From NCBI RefSeq assembly GCF_004010195.1, contig NC_057746.1, forward strand, positions 18,101,666-18,165,665: a stretch of 64,000 nucleotides of DNA. Reading direction: 5' to 3'. Both the position numbers and the translations under genes were made by a program. How positions within the stretch are numbered: the stretch's first letter is position 1; every line of letters begins with the position of its first letter. This document shows, piece by piece, positions 61,950 through 64,000 of the stretch. The notes below the pieces were generated by a model that saw only the letters and a list, made by a program, of their open reading frames with translations, did no database searches and was not told where the DNA came from. This stretch comes from Chiloscyllium plagiosum (Eukaryota).

Positions 61950-63615
61950 AACTGCACACATCTGCACATATTGGCATTGCTAATCAGGGGTAGTATCAGA
62001 ACTGCAGAAAAGGAGGTTGTCGAGGAGGGTTTATCGACAGACAGCATTGGTAGAAGTCAGAAACAGGAAAGGAGTAGTCACTTTATTGGGAGATGTCTAT
62101 ATACCACCCCCCCCCCCCCCCCAATAGCAACAGAAACACTGAGGAGCAAATTGGGAGGCAGATTTTAGAGAGGTGCAGAAGTAACAGGATTGTTGTCTTG
62201 GGTGACTTCAACTTCCTTAATATTGATTGGAACCTCCTTAGTTCCAATGGTTTGGATGGAACAGATTTTCTCAGGTGTGTCCAGAAAGAATTCCTTACTC
62301 AATAAGTAAATAGGCTGACTAGAGGGGAAGCCATATTGGATTTGGTGCTTGGCAACAAACCAGGTCAGGTGTCAGATCTCTCGCTGGGAGAGCATTTCGG
62401 TGATAGTGATCACAACTCCCTGACCTTTACTATACTCATGGAGAGGGATAGGAGCAGATGATATGGGAAAGTATTTAATCGGGGAAGAGAGAATTACAAT
62501 GCTAGTAGGCAGGAACTATGGAGCATAAATTGGGGACAGATGTTCTCAGGGAAATGCACAACAGAAATGAGAAGGTTGTTTAGGGAGAACTTGCTGATAG
62601 TTCTGGACAGGTTTGTCCCACTGAAGCAAGGAAGGGAGAATAGGGTGAAGGAACTTTGGGTGACAAGAAATGTGGAACATCTAGTCAAGCAGAAGAAGGA
62701 AGCTCACTTAAGGTTGAGGAAGCAAGGATCAGACAGGACTCTTGAGGGTTACAAGGTAGCCAGGAAGGAACTGGAGAATGGACTTAGGAGAGCAAGGCAT
62801 GAAAAAGCCTTGGCGGGTAGAATTAAGGAAAACCCCATGGTCTGCACTTATATTAGGAACATGACAGTGGGCAGCATGGTGGCTCAGTGGTTAGCACTGC
62901 TGCCCCACAGCGCCAGAGACCCGGGTTCAATTCCCGCCTCAGGCAACTGACTGTGTGGAGTTTGCACATTCCTCTCGTGTCTGCGTGGGTTTCCTCCGGG
63001 TGCTCCGGTTTCCTCCCACAATCCAAAAATGTGCAGGTTAGCTGGATTGGCTGTGCTGAATTGCCTGTAGTGTTAGGTGAAGGGGTAAATGTAGGGGAAT
63101 AGGTCTGGGTGGGTTGCACTTCAGAGAGTCGGTGTGGATTTGTTGGGCCAAAGGGCCTGTTTCCACACTGTAAGTAATCTAATCTTATGACGATGACCAG
63201 AGTGAGGGTAGGGCTGATCAGGGATAGTGGAGGGAACTTATGCCTGGAGTCAGAGGAGGTTGGGGAGGTCCTTAATGAATACTTTGCTTCAGTATTCACT
63301 AGCGAGAGGGATATTGGCATTTGTGAAGACAGCATGAAACAGACTGATGCACTCAAACAGGTTGATGTTAAGAAGGAGGATGTGCTGGAAATTTTGAAAA
63401 CATGAGGATAGGTAAGTCCCCTGGGCCAGACAGGATATACCAAGGGAAGCAAGGCTGCACCTTTGGCGATGGTCTTTCCATCTTCACTGTCTACTGGAGG
63501 AAGACCAGAAGTTTGGAGAGTGGCAAATGTTATTGCCTTGTTCAAGAAAGGGAATAGGGATAACCGTGGGAATTACAGAACAGTCAGTCTTATGTCGGTG
63601 GGAGGGCAAAGTGTT
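61950..63615 (+). mobile_element. Degenerate CR1-type LINE ORF2 (APE endonuclease to start of RT), interrupted by a SINE
   Basis: IVVLGDFNFLNIDW, AILDLVL, SDH, EVLNEYFASVFT, W..ANV.ALFKKG...GNYR.VSL; stops and frameshifts. Confidence 0.88.
62869..63186 (+). mobile_element. HE1-type V-SINE inserted in the CR1 ORF2
   Basis: Full SINE; the LINE reading resumes afterwards (atgac on both sides). Confidence 0.88.
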
Positions 63616-63738
63616 GGAGAAGGGCTTATGCCTGAAACGTCGATTCTCCTGTTCCTTGGATGCTGCCTGACCTGCTGCGCTTTTCCAGCAACACATTTTC
63701 AGCTCTGATCTCCAGCATCTGCAGTCCTCACTTTCTCC
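63616..63738 (+). mobile_element. Penelope-like 3' fragment with decayed hammerhead
   Basis: gaagggcttatgcctgaaacgtcgattctcctg...gcagtcctcactttctcc. Confidence 0.65.
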
Positions 63739-64000
63739 TAGAATCATAGAATCCCAACAGTGCAGAAAGAGGCCATTCAGCCCATTGTGGCTGCACCGAC
63801 TCTGTAAAGGGTAAAATTCTATCCCGTAACCCTGCATTTCCCATGGCTAACCCACCGAGGCTGAATATCCCTGGACATTATGGGGAAATTTCCCAATGTC
63901 ACTCCACCTAACCTGCACACCTTCAGACTTTGGGAGGAAATTGGAGCACCCAGAGGAAACTCATGCAGACATGGGGGGAACGTGCAGACTCCACACAGAC

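Overview
Vertebrate genomic DNA, most likely from a cartilaginous fish (shark): it is dense in HE1-type V-SINEs, CR1/HER1-type LINEs and Penelope-type fragments. It has four N-gaps, two of them fixed 500-N placeholders. The spliced genes, mostly missed by the ORF track, look like an MHC-region segment. (i) Two tandem minus-strand RING/B-box/coiled-coil TRIM 5' modules in a 2.33-kb duplication. (ii) Exons 1-5 of a complement C4-like gene on the minus strand, with HNF1/HNF6-like sites upstream. (iii) A third TRIM RING exon on the plus strand, cut by a gap. (iv) The last three kinase exons and a long putative 3'UTR of DDR1. The most notable non-obvious signals are: seven miR-199-3p seed matches plus two miR-199-5p 8-mers in the DDR1 3' region; a phase-0 partial TRIM duplication that could act as an alternative or extending RBCC cassette; several minimal hammerhead-ribozyme cores in Penelope-like insertions bounded by 14-15-bp target-site duplications; and a 38-bp minisatellite with a CACAGTG heptamer in most units. 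No database searches were run. Comparisons to human genes and repeat families are from memory, and repeat boundaries are approximate.
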